Assembly: GCA_044226625.1 (NCBI GenBank)
Contig: JBGAGQ010000026.1
Coordinates: 1 to 64,000 of the forward strand
Source of the DNA: Thermoanaerobaculia bacterium
GTDB lineage: Bacteria; Acidobacteriota; Thermoanaerobaculia; Multivoradales; UBA5704
DNA: 64,000 bases
Direction of reading: 5' to 3'
Under the pieces are notes generated by a model. It had not been told where the DNA came from. It saw only the letters and a program-made list of their open reading frames with translations, and did not search any database. The position numbers were made by a program, and so were the translations under genes. Numbering within the stretch: the first letter of the stretch is position 1; each line of letters opens with the position of its first letter. This document shows positions 18,625 through 27,707 of this stretch, piece by piece.

Positions 18625-18704
18625 GATTCCCCTCCCATTAACTTGCTCTTTGCAAGCAGTCTAGGAAAATCGCTTGCGGGATGCAAGTGGTAGGCTCCCT
18701 GGCG

Positions 18705-19133
18705 ATGGACCGACGCGCCCCGAGATCCCGCCGCTCCGATTGCCCCATCAGCGTCGCGCTGGAGCTGATCGGCGACGAGTGGTCGCTCCTGATCGTTCGC
18801 GACCTGATGTTCAAGGGTCTGAAGTCGTTCCAGGAGTTTTCCGACGCGGGCGAGCGGATCGCGACCAACGTTCTCACCGATCGCCTCGCCCGGCTCGAAA
18901 CGGCGGGCATCCTCGCCCGCCGCCGCGATCCGGAAGACGGCCGCCGCTTCATCTACACCCTGACGGAAAAAGGCATCGACCTCGCGCCGGTCCTCGTCGA
19001 AATCGTCCTGTGGTCCGCGCAGTACGAGGAAACGGCGGCCCCCGCCGAGGTCGTCGAAGCGATGCGAAAGCGGCGGCCGCAGTTCCTGCGCGAGGTCCGG
19101 GAGCGCTGGCTCGCGACCGCCGTACCTGGCTAG
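18705..19133 (+). CDS. HxlR-family winged-HTH regulator
   Basis: RRSDCPISVALELIGDEWSLLIVRDL...YTLTEKGIDL. Confidence 0.9.
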   Translation: MDRRAPRSRRSDCPISVALELIGDEWSLLIVRDLMFKGLKSFQEFSDAGERIATNVLTDRLARLETAGILARRRDPEDGRRFIYTLTEKGIDLAPVLVEIVLWSAQYEETAAPAEVVEAMRKRRPQFLREVRERWLATAVPG

Positions 19134-19636
19134 CCGCGCCCGGCCTGCCTCGCCATCGCCAATTCCGCCGGCCCAGGCAGCCCCAGAGCCTTGCGAAGAG
19201 CGCCGATGGCGCCCAGGTGATACCCCTCGTGAAAGGCGAGAAACGCGAGCTTGTCCCTCACGGTCTTCCCGTCGTGCGGACCGGCCGCTGGCGCGTCGAG
19301 CGCCGCCTCGGTAACGTTCCCTAGGGCGGCGGCAAGGGCGGCAGAGACGCGACCCCAATCGCTCCGCAGCGTCCCGAGGGAAGGATACCCCTCTCCGTCG
19401 GTCGCGGCGGTCGAGGCGAAGCGCTCACCATAGGCGTCCTCCTCCGGCGCGCCGAGGAGCGCGAGCGCGCCGCTCCGAAAGTGCAGCAGGTGGCCGAGCG
19501 ACCAGGCGATCGAAGGGCCTTCCGGCTCGCGCGAGCGGGCGCGGGCCTGCTCTTCGGTGAGGTCGTCGAGGACCAGGGGAACGAGAAAATCGATGGTGCC
19601 GAACAGGGCGGCGAGCGTCTGGGCGCTTCCGGTCAT
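19130..19636 (-). CDS. DinB family protein
   Basis: SIAWSLGHL and FHEGYHLGAI motifs. Confidence 0.85.
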   Translation of the reverse strand: MTGSAQTLAALFGTIDFLVPLVLDDLTEEQARARSREPEGPSIAWSLGHLLHFRSGALALLGAPEEDAYGERFASTAATDGEGYPSLGTLRSDWGRVSAALAAALGNVTEAALDAPAAGPHDGKTVRDKLAFLAFHEGYHLGAIGALRKALGLPGPAELAMARQAGRG

Positions 19637-19794
19637 GGCATTCTCCTCAGCGGGTAGGAAGGGGTACGACGGAAAGCCGTACCTCCCGAAGACGAACGGG
19701 CCGCGCGAAACGATCCGGGCGGATCCCCGGATCCTTCGGCCTCGCTCGATCGTCGTAGCGAAGTGGGCGTACCGGATGCCCGCAGGAGATACCC

Positions 19795-20745
19795 ATGGAT
19801 TTCGAGACGTTGGCCCGGGCGCGTGCCCAATTCGACGAGATGGTCGCCGAGACGCGGCCCCAACTCCTGCGCTATTGCTCGCGGATGCTCGGCTCGGCGG
19901 TGGACGGCGAAGACGTCGTGCAAGAGGCGTTGGCCCGCGTCTACTATCGGCTGCCGCGGCTCGGCCAGGTCGATAACCTGCGCGCCTGGCTTTTCCGGGT
20001 CGCGCACAACAAGGCGCTCGATCATCTGCGGCGTTACGACGTGCGCTTCGGCGAGCCCTTGGACGGAGAGCTTCCCGTGCCGCTCGACGAATCCCCGGTC
20101 GAGGCCGCGGAGCTCGCCGAGTGGGGGCTCTCCTACTTCACCCGGCTCACTCCCCTCCAGCGCAGCGCGGTGATTCTGAAGGACGTCCTCTCCTATAGCC
20201 TGGAGGAGATCTCGGAGATCTTGGACGCGAGCGTGCCGTCGATCAAAGGGGCGCTCCACCGCGGCCGAGCGGCCCTGCGATCGGCGGGAGCGGAGGCGCC
20301 TCGCGTTTCTCTCGAAGGGGAGGACGCCGCGCTCCTGCGGCGCTACGTTACGCTATGGAACGCGCGCGATTTCGACGCTCTGCGCGCGATGCTCGCAGAG
20401 GACGTGCGCCTCGACCTGGTCGAGAAGGCCGAAAAGAGCGGCGCCGCGTCGGTCGCCAACTACTTCGAAAACTACTCGCGGCTCCCCGCCACCTGGGCCG
20501 AGCTGGGAACCGTCGACGGCCGCATCGCGATCCTGGTCCGCGACAGCCCCCTCGAGCCGCCGAGCTACTGCCTGTTCCTCCGCTTTCGGAACCAAAGGAT
20601 CTTGGCCATCCGGGACTATCGCTACGCCCGCCACGTGTTCGCCGAGGCCGAGTGGAAGGCGGGCGAATCCCACCAGGCGCCGGGGCCGAAAGCCTGCGCC
20701 GCGCACGGAGGCGCGGCGCAGGGCTTCGAGCCGGAGTTCTCTTAG
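19795..20745 (+). CDS. ECF sigma-70 factor with C-terminal SnoaL-like domain
   Basis: RMLGSAVDGEDVVQE, AWLFRVAHN, SIKGALHRGRAAL, WNARDFDALRAMLAEDV. Confidence 0.9.
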   Translation: MDFETLARARAQFDEMVAETRPQLLRYCSRMLGSAVDGEDVVQEALARVYYRLPRLGQVDNLRAWLFRVAHNKALDHLRRYDVRFGEPLDGELPVPLDESPVEAAELAEWGLSYFTRLTPLQRSAVILKDVLSYSLEEISEILDASVPSIKGALHRGRAALRSAGAEAPRVSLEGEDAALLRRYVTLWNARDFDALRAMLAEDVRLDLVEKAEKSGAASVANYFENYSRLPATWAELGTVDGRIAILVRDSPLEPPSYCLFLRFRNQRILAIRDYRYARHVFAEAEWKAGESHQAPGPKACAAHGGAAQGFEPEFS

Positions 20746-20802
20746 ACGCCGGAGGCGAAGAAGAGAGCCCTTGAAGGCTTTCGTCGCCTCTGGCGACTCT
20801 TC

Positions 20803-21723
20803 TTAGCGGATTTCGCCGTTCAAACGATCCGGGAAGAAGCCGAAATTGGCGCTCGCTCCGCCGAGGTAGACGATCTTGAGCACCTGGTTGGTGGTGCGGC
20901 TGTAGGCGATGCCGTTGGCGTCGGCCGGCACCAGGTTCGCCCTACCGCCCAGGAGGATCGGCTGGTCGCGGTCGCCCGGTCCGTCGGCCCGGTCGCGCAG
21001 GTCGGAAATGGCCTTGGCCGCTTTCGACTGCCGGATCGAATAGAGGATGTGTCGGATGATGCCGGCGTGGTAGGCCTCGACGGCCAGGATGCCCGCGGCC
21101 GCCTCGAGGACCGTCTTGTTGCGCAGGAGCGGCGCGGCCCCCTTGTAGGCGGTGACCCCCACGTCCTCGAAGATGAAGGCGCCGAGCAGGAAGCTCGTCT
21201 CGTCGGCGAACGGGTCGAAAGTCTGTCCCTGCTGGATCAGGCCCGCGGCGATCGCGGCGTTGGTGAAGCTCTGTTCGAGATCGATCGTCGGCCGGGCGAC
21301 CTGGTTCCCGACCAAAGCGGCGCGCAGGAACTTGACGTGCGCCTCCTCGTCGCGGGCGATCTCCTCGGCGAACTGGCGAAAGGCCTCGGTCTGGAACGGC
21401 ACGGCCGAGCCGCCGATGACCTCCCCCGGGTCGCCGCTGCCCGTCACGTCGGAGTCGTCCAGGCCGCGGCCGAACGCGGCGCGCAGGTAGTACTCGGCTT
21501 CCAGGTATTCCAGGTTGAGGGCGAAGTTCAAAACCGCGTTGTCCACCGCCTTGAGCCGGCCGACGGGGACGTCCGCCGCGAAGGCGGCGTCGAGCGGGCC
21601 TCCCAGCGCGGACAGCTTCGAGGCTCCGAGAACTCCCAAGGTCGTCATGCCCGCAGTAGCGATGAATCGTCGGCGGCTCGAAGTGGCAACTTCTTCTTCG
21701 AGGTTTTCCGGGGCGTCTGACAT
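20803..21723 (-). CDS. Ferritin-like (Ferritin_2, desiccation-related) protein with Tat signal
   Basis: SRRRFI Tat motif; LNFALNLEYLEAEYY, DEEAHV, EDVGVTAYKGAA, VEAYHA. Confidence 0.9.
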   Translation of the reverse strand: MSDAPENLEEEVATSSRRRFIATAGMTTLGVLGASKLSALGGPLDAAFAADVPVGRLKAVDNAVLNFALNLEYLEAEYYLRAAFGRGLDDSDVTGSGDPGEVIGGSAVPFQTEAFRQFAEEIARDEEAHVKFLRAALVGNQVARPTIDLEQSFTNAAIAAGLIQQGQTFDPFADETSFLLGAFIFEDVGVTAYKGAAPLLRNKTVLEAAAGILAVEAYHAGIIRHILYSIRQSKAAKAISDLRDRADGPGDRDQPILLGGRANLVPADANGIAYSRTTNQVLKIVYLGGASANFGFFPDRLNGEIR

Positions 21724-22078
21724 TCGGCACTCCTTTCTGATCGGTTGGCGGCATCCGGGGGCAGAGCCGCCACGGATTTCCGATCAAAGCAAGGGAAGTG
21801 CCACGAAATGCAAGATTTTTTCTATACCTTGAGGTTCGCCCCACCCGCCAAAAAGACGTCGCTTTGCTCCCTACGCAGATTTCACGCTTTAGGATGACCG
21901 CGGTCCAAAATAAAAATTTTTTTGCCATTTTCTCCGGGAACTGATAACCGCGAGACTCCCCTCTCAAACCCTCGAGCGACGCGTGGGATCGCGCTCCCAT
22001 TCGGCGAAGCGGTGTGGGACCCTCCCGCCGCGCCGAGCCCCGGCGCGGCAGGAGGGTCAGCTCAGAAGTTGTCAGGCG

Positions 22079-22807
22079 CTACGGCCCACCCACCAGCGTG
22101 CACTCGAGCGCGAGGCCGTCGATGTACTTGCGGCCGCCGGAGCCGGCGACCGTGCTCAGCTGGAGGCCCGTCGCGATGCGACCTGACGGGCAATTGACCT
22201 CTTTCTCCCAGTCCGCGTCGGGGCCCTGTTTCGTGCCAGGGCAGTTGTCCCGCTCGTGTTGATCGTCCACCTCGGCCACCTCCTCGCTGCAATCGATGAC
22301 GTGGAGTCCCCCTTCGCCGCACAGCCGATACTCGACGCCCAAGATGAGACCGAAGCGGATCGGCACCGTGCAGCCATCGGGGGCGACGAAGATGTTGTCT
22401 TCGCCCATGATGCAGCCGCCGTAACGGCCGATGATCTGGATTCCTTTCATCTTGTCGCCGTTCAGGCAGATCCGGAGCCCCGTGGCGAAGGCCCCAAGAG
22501 GAAGGGTGACCTCTTGCCAGCTCCCCGCTCCCAACGCGCCGTTGCACTCGTCGAAAGTCGCGCTCACGGCGGCCGAGTTGTCGGCGAGATCCCGATATTT
22601 CGCCTGGAGGTAACAGGGGTCATCGGACTTCTCGGCATAGACGATCGCGGTGATCGACTCGTTCGCGGCCGACGTGCGAGTGAGCCGATGGGTAAATCCC
22701 GAGTTGCCCGAGAAAGCGGTCGGCGTTTGGCTCCCCGTGAGCTGGGCGACCGCCGGCGTCGAGGCCAACAGGGCCAACCAAAGGACCTGGGAAATTCTGG
22801 TCTTCAC
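22079..22807 (-). CDS. Secreted Cys-rich protein (paralog A)
   Basis: GTG start after AAGGAGG; signal peptide; many Cys; CPSGRIATGL...GLALEC. Confidence 0.8.
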   Translation of the reverse strand: MKTRISQVLWLALLASTPAVAQLTGSQTPTAFSGNSGFTHRLTRTSAANESITAIVYAEKSDDPCYLQAKYRDLADNSAAVSATFDECNGALGAGSWQEVTLPLGAFATGLRICLNGDKMKGIQIIGRYGGCIMGEDNIFVAPDGCTVPIRFGLILGVEYRLCGEGGLHVIDCSEEVAEVDDQHERDNCPGTKQGPDADWEKEVNCPSGRIATGLQLSTVAGSGGRKYIDGLALECTLVGGP

Positions 22808-22940
22808 AGAACAACCTCCTTATCGTGCACACGACGCGTGACCGATCGGCCCGAAGGCTCGACGGCGGAATCCGCGCCTGTCTCTTTGGGATGAATCTTC
22901 AGACGAAGGACGAGGGCCGAGGACGAGGATCGGAAAGGCG

Positions 22941-23693
22941 CTAGGGCACGCCGATTTGCGTGCATTCCAACGCGAGACCGTCGATCATCTTCTGCGTGCC
23001 GGTCCCCGGGGTCGTGCTGATCTCGATTCCCGTCGCGATCTTGCCCGTGGGGCAATTGATCTCGGTCTCCCAGTCGCTGTCGGGACCGTTGTCGGTCCCC
23101 GGGCAGTTCTTTCGCTCGTTATAGAGGAGAGGCGTTTCGGCGGCGACCGCCGTGCATTCGATCTCGAGCGGTCCGCTCGCCGCGCACAGGAGATAGTCGA
23201 CATTGAAGATTTCGGCCGAGCGAATCGGGGCCGTGCAGCCCGTCGAGGCCGCGAAGACGTTGTCGCTTCCCAGCAGGCAGCCGTCGTAGCGACCGATCAA
23301 CTGGATGCCCTTCAGCTTGTCGCCGTTCTTGCAGATGCGAAGCCCGGTCAGGACCGATCCCGCGGGCAAATTCAGCGTGATATGGCTGCTTTCCCTCCCG
23401 TCGCCGTCGGCATCGTCGCATTCGGTGAGCGAGCTGCTAGGACTCGAAAGTCCCGTGATCACGTTCTTGAATTTCGCCTCCAGAAAGCAAGGGTCGTCAT
23501 TGTTCTCCCCGAAGACGACGCCGGAGATGCCAAGGTTAAACGAGGCGGCTCGAGAGAGCGTGTGAGACGCCCCGGAGCTTCCCGAAAAACCCGTCGGCGT
23601 AAAGGCCCCCGTAAGCTGCCCCCACGTCGGCGTCGAAACCCAGCAAAGAACCAGTACCAAGACCAACACCCGCCACTGCCAGCCACTCTTCAT
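22941..23693 (-). CDS. Secreted Cys-rich protein (paralog B)
   Basis: Signal peptide; collinear with 22079-22807 (QLTG..TPT.FSG.SG, DDPC, ICxNGDK.KGIQ.IGRY.GC, NCPGT..GPD.DWE.E.NCP.G.IATG). Confidence 0.8.
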   Translation of the reverse strand: MKSGWQWRVLVLVLVLCWVSTPTWGQLTGAFTPTGFSGSSGASHTLSRAASFNLGISGVVFGENNDDPCFLEAKFKNVITGLSSPSSSLTECDDADGDGRESSHITLNLPAGSVLTGLRICKNGDKLKGIQLIGRYDGCLLGSDNVFAASTGCTAPIRSAEIFNVDYLLCAASGPLEIECTAVAAETPLLYNERKNCPGTDNGPDSDWETEINCPTGKIATGIEISTTPGTGTQKMIDGLALECTQIGVP

Positions 23694-24077
23694 CTCCCGC
23701 TCTCCTTTCGTAACACACCCATCCCTGGGCTAGCTGGGGCAAAGCTCCGCCCCCGGAAAACCTCGCCTTTCTTGGTGAGGTACTCGAAATGACACGAATT
23801 GGGTGAAATCGATTCGACTCTACTTTCGATGGTGCACGGCGATGGAAATTTCGAGACTCTTTCGCGCACCAAGAGTTGAAGATTCTCGGAGGCCTACATC
23901 GCGAGATTGGATCGTGAAGCGCGGCGGTGCAACGAGCCCGTTCCGCAGGGCGGGACACACGCCTACCCGCAAGGGTAGGAAAAGATTTATGTTTCGAGCC
24001 GGCTCAACAGAAGGGTTTCTCGCCGACTCGCGTTCGATTGCGGGTGGCGACTGAATTCCCGGAGCCGTGAGTTTGGA

Positions 24078-24107
24078 AAAGCGCCCGGCGCGAACGCCGG
24101 GCGCTTT
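24078..24107 (-). terminator. Intrinsic terminator
   Basis: Minus strand AAAGCGCCCGGCG-TTCG-CGCCGGGCGCTTTT after the 24128-24760 gene. Confidence 0.8.
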
Positions 24108-24127
24108 CGATCCGCGACCCCGATCCG

Positions 24128-24760
24128 CTACTGCGTGCAGCTATACGGATCGACGTTGCTGCAGAAGCGGATCGACGAGGTGACGTTGTTCATGTTGTTC
24201 GGGTTGGCCGTGAGGTCGGAGATCGAAACCCCCGGGGCGACCCACTTGATCTGGCCGAGGCAGTTGCTGGTCGGGTACGGGCTGAAGTCGTAGCACTTGT
24301 AGAGGACGGTGTAGTAGCCGACGTCGTTGCCCGTCTGGACGCAGGAGATCACGTCGTTCCAAGAATCCGGCAGGTGGGCGTACTGATCGAGCGGGCACAT
24401 CACGAGCCAGTCGATCCCGCCGCAGCCGATGTTCTTGTTGAAGCCCGAACAGTTCGAGCCGAAGCTGTTGCCGGTCCTACCGCCCGGAGGCGGAAGCGGG
24501 CGCGGCTGGAGCGGACCTTTCGCGCGGCCGAACGCCTGAAGCTTCTCCGGGGAGGTGAAGTTGTAGACGGCGTCCTTCTCGACGACGGTGAATCGGACCT
24601 GGCCGGTGAACAGGTCGATCTGCCAAGCGGGGTAACGCACCCCGTCGACGAACTGGGGTTTCTCGGCGGTGCCGGGACGGACGGCCTCGGCGGCGTAGGA
24701 GGAAAGCGGGACGATGCAGAAAAGGAAGGAGAACAGGGCGTAACGGAGTCCGGTCTTCAT
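24128..24760 (-). CDS. Secreted protein with beta/gamma-crystallin / peptidase-inhibitor I36-like domain
   Basis: Signal peptide; WNDVISCVQ and MNNVTSSIR Greek-key motifs; AAGGAG RBS. Confidence 0.7.
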   Translation of the reverse strand: MKTGLRYALFSFLFCIVPLSSYAAEAVRPGTAEKPQFVDGVRYPAWQIDLFTGQVRFTVVEKDAVYNFTSPEKLQAFGRAKGPLQPRPLPPPGGRTGNSFGSNCSGFNKNIGCGGIDWLVMCPLDQYAHLPDSWNDVISCVQTGNDVGYYTVLYKCYDFSPYPTSNCLGQIKWVAPGVSISDLTANPNNMNNVTSSIRFCSNVDPYSCTQ

Positions 24761-24877
24761 TCAGCGTCTCCTTGGGTTGACCTGCGACCTTGCGTGCCGC
24801 GCGGAATGTCGTCTCGATCCCGGGTCCGGATTTCATCCGCGCGACGGCGGAGCTCCTGCAAGCAGTGAGACCTTAGA

Positions 24878-25204
24878 CTACGAAACCGTTGAAATGGTTC
24901 CCGAAGGGACGAATGGGGGTTTTGGGGGACCGGGAAAGGCCGACCCGCTCGCGGTTAGACCAGCCCGTATTTGCCCTTCGGCCGCTCCATAGAGAATCCG
25001 ACGAGCTTGGACCCTAGGCCGCGGCAACTGATGGTCGAACCGGGCGCCGGTGGGACCAAACGATCGCAGATGGTTCCAGAAGGTGGGATGGCGCCCACCG
25101 CGGAAATAGAGGCGCCAGAGCGTTTCGCCTGCCGCGACCTCGCGAAACAGGGGGCCGACCTGGGCCAGGGCCGTCGCCGAAGGAGCCTCGGGGAATTTCG
25201 CCAA
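24878..25204 (-). pseudogene. Truncated RES-domain toxin
   Basis: MAKFP...LWRLYFRGGRHP..WNHLRSFGP..ARFDH...ILYGA is the RES N-terminal half; after ~24975 the translation looks unrelated. Confidence 0.7.
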
Positions 25205-25213
25205 AGGGAACGA

Positions 25214-25963
25214 TCAGACTTCGGCAGCTAGCGCTTTCACTGGGTCGACCGGAAGCCCCAGCTGGAGCCAGTCTCGTGGGCTTAGAGTCTTCGATTCCTC
25301 GGCGTCTGTCTCGAGCACGAGATCGGGATTGGGTAGGTGAAACCATCGGAAGACGGCCACCGGATGAAGCGCCGGATCGAGGAGGGCCACCACGTCCGAG
25401 ATCCCGTGGAGGAGTCCTCCCCCATCGAGTTGAAACGTGGGAACCATCCACCCAGAATCGACGGGAATACCCAACAGGCTGCGCGGAACGGACATGAGCC
25501 GGAGGCGGGTTCGGCTCGGATCCATGCCCAACCGTTCGGCCACCGCCTCGACCGGCAAGCTCTCCCTCAGGATCGCCGCCAGCTCAGCCGAAGTCTCTTT
25601 GAAGGGATCGTTGGGACCGAATTCCGCAGGGCCAAGATCGAAACCACCCCGCTTCAGAACAGCCGCCTCCGCAGCTGAGATGCCAGCTTGCTTCGGCAGC
25701 CTGGCTAAACTGCGGGCCTTTTCCCTACGCCAATAGGCGACACAACGATTCCTGAATGCCAGAAGGATCCAGGACTCAGGATCGGAAATAGTTTCCCCGC
25801 TGCTGATCAGGCGGAGGATCGTCTCCTCGAGAAAATCGTCAACATTCTTGGAAGGAATCCGATAGCGACTCCCAAGAATGAACAAGCGGGGCCGAATCCG
25901 ATCGACGAGTTCCTTTATTGCTTCCCCCTTGGGGGAGCCCATTTCGAGCGGGGAAGAGCCCAT
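25214..25963 (-). CDS. RES-associated antitoxin-like protein with N-terminal sigma-70 region-2-like segment
   Basis: N-term RYRIPSKNVDDFLEET...PESWILLAFRNRCVAYWR; C-term VAERLGMDPSR...VPTFQL...HPVAVFRWF..PNPDL...SPRDWL; start uncertain (ORF open to 26014). Confidence 0.6.
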   Translation of the reverse strand: MGSSPLEMGSPKGEAIKELVDRIRPRLFILGSRYRIPSKNVDDFLEETILRLISSGETISDPESWILLAFRNRCVAYWRREKARSLARLPKQAGISAAEAAVLKRGGFDLGPAEFGPNDPFKETSAELAAILRESLPVEAVAERLGMDPSRTRLRLMSVPRSLLGIPVDSGWMVPTFQLDGGGLLHGISDVVALLDPALHPVAVFRWFHLPNPDLVLETDAEESKTLSPRDWLQLGLPVDPVKALAAEV

Positions 25964-26159
25964 GACTACCTCAGCGTGAGCAGCCGTGATAGGTCCGGAG
26001 AGAACGCCTACCACCCGGCCGAGCCTTCGTCACCATAACACCTGCAACAACCGATGGCGCACGACCGCGCTCGCTGCAATTCGTGGAGCGAAGCCAGGAG
26101 ATCGTGTGGGGCGAGGGAAGCAGCGTTCGGACCCCATACCCATTGATCTGGCCCCTCCC

Positions 26160-27707
26160 CTACCCCCCCAAAGCCTGCCGGCAACGCCGGAGCGCCCGCT
26201 CGCGATCGGGCAGCGCGAGCGCTTCGGGCAGGGCGAGCTCCTTTCCCTTCCCCGCCAGGAGCGTCGAGAGGACTTCGCGGAACTGGTGCTCGGCGAAGCG
26301 GGGCTGGCCGAGGTGGAGGAGGCGGTCGGCGAGGAGGAGGCGCGGCTGGTAGAGGTCGGGATCGAGGTAGAGCGCCGCGCGGTAGGCGGCGACGGCGGGC
26401 TCGGCGCGGCCGGAGAGGTCGTCGAGGTAGCCCTGAAGGGCGTGGGCCGTGGCGCTTTCGGGCTCTCGGGCGAGGGCCGAGGCGAGGCGGCGGGCGGCTT
26501 CTTCGAGGCGGTCCTCGGCGAGGGCGAGCGCGGCGGCTTCTAGATCGCCGGGGCCGGAAGCAACCGCTTTTTCGAGCGCGGGCGCGGCCGGACGGGCGGC
26601 GGGCGGCGGGGCCGGGCGCGGCGCGGTCTGCGTCGGTTTCGCGAGGATCTGCGAGCTCTTCGCCGGGGGGTCGACACGGGGAGCGAGGGCGGGTGTCGGG
26701 CGCGCGGTCGGGAGACGCCGTTCGAACGAGGACGGAGCGACGCCGGCCCCCTTCTCTTTCGTCGGATCCGGTCGCTTCGCCTCGGGCCTCGCGGTCCCCT
26801 GGATGTATCCGAAGCAGGGGCCGAGATCGACCGGCTCGAGATCCGCGTGGATCTGCCAGAGCGTCTCGGAGGCGCCGAGGAATAGGAACGCCCCGGGCGC
26901 GAGGCGGCGGGCGACCTGGTTCGCGACTTTCCGCTGGAGGGTGCGGCGGAAGTAGATCAGGACGTTGCGCAAGAGGATCAGGTCGAAGCCCGATCGCTCC
27001 TCCGGCAGGTCGTAGGGCGGATGCGCGAGGTTGATCTGTCGGTATTCGATCCGCCGCCGGATCTCGGGCGAAATCTCCCAGAGCTTGCCGCGGCGGGTGA
27101 ACCAGCGGTCGAGCAGCGCGGGCGGCACCTGGGCGATCGCGCGGTCGCCGTAGAGGCCGCGCTCGGCGCCGGCGAGCGCCTCGGGGTCGAGATCGGTCGC
27201 GAGGATCGACCAGTCCCAGCCGGCGAGCGCCGGGTGCTCGGCGAGGAGCAGAGCCATCGTCGCCGGCTCTTCGCCGCGGGCGCAGGCGGCCGACCAGATG
27301 CGCAGGCGCCGCTCGGCCGCGCGCGCTTCGAGCCGGGCGGGGAGGGCGCGCGCGAGGATCGCGTCGAGCTGCTGCGGCGCGCGGAAGAAATACGACTCCT
27401 TGATCGTCACCAGGCCGATCAGAACGGCCCACTCGTCCGGCAACGCCCCCGAGGAGAGCGCGAAGAGGTAGCCCTCGACGTTCGGCTGGCGGGTGGCCTG
27501 CGCGCGGCGGGTGGCAATCTCTTCGAGCTGCGGCAGCCGCTCGGGCGGGATGACGTTGCCGGTCGCCTCGCGGATCAGGGCGGCGAGGCGCTCGGCGTGC
27601 GAGGGGGGCTTCTCCGCCTTCTCGGCCAGACGGGGACGCGGGAACGACCCGGTCTCCGTCCGTGAGGCGCCGCTTTTCCTCGGGGGTGGGCTCGGGGGTG
27701 GGCTCAC
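26160..27707 (-). CDS. cheR: CheR-type methyltransferase with C-terminal TPR (WspC-like)
   Basis: TIKESYFFR, RIWSAACARGEE, ILATDLD, FDLILLRNVLIYF, LFLGASE; TPR YRAALYLDPD. Confidence 0.92.
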   Translation of the reverse strand: MSPPPSPPPRKSGASRTETGSFPRPRLAEKAEKPPSHAERLAALIREATGNVIPPERLPQLEEIATRRAQATRQPNVEGYLFALSSGALPDEWAVLIGLVTIKESYFFRAPQQLDAILARALPARLEARAAERRLRIWSAACARGEEPATMALLLAEHPALAGWDWSILATDLDPEALAGAERGLYGDRAIAQVPPALLDRWFTRRGKLWEISPEIRRRIEYRQINLAHPPYDLPEERSGFDLILLRNVLIYFRRTLQRKVANQVARRLAPGAFLFLGASETLWQIHADLEPVDLGPCFGYIQGTARPEAKRPDPTKEKGAGVAPSSFERRLPTARPTPALAPRVDPPAKSSQILAKPTQTAPRPAPPPAARPAAPALEKAVASGPGDLEAAALALAEDRLEEAARRLASALAREPESATAHALQGYLDDLSGRAEPAVAAYRAALYLDPDLYQPRLLLADRLLHLGQPRFAEHQFREVLSTLLAGKGKELALPEALALPDRERALRRCRQALGG

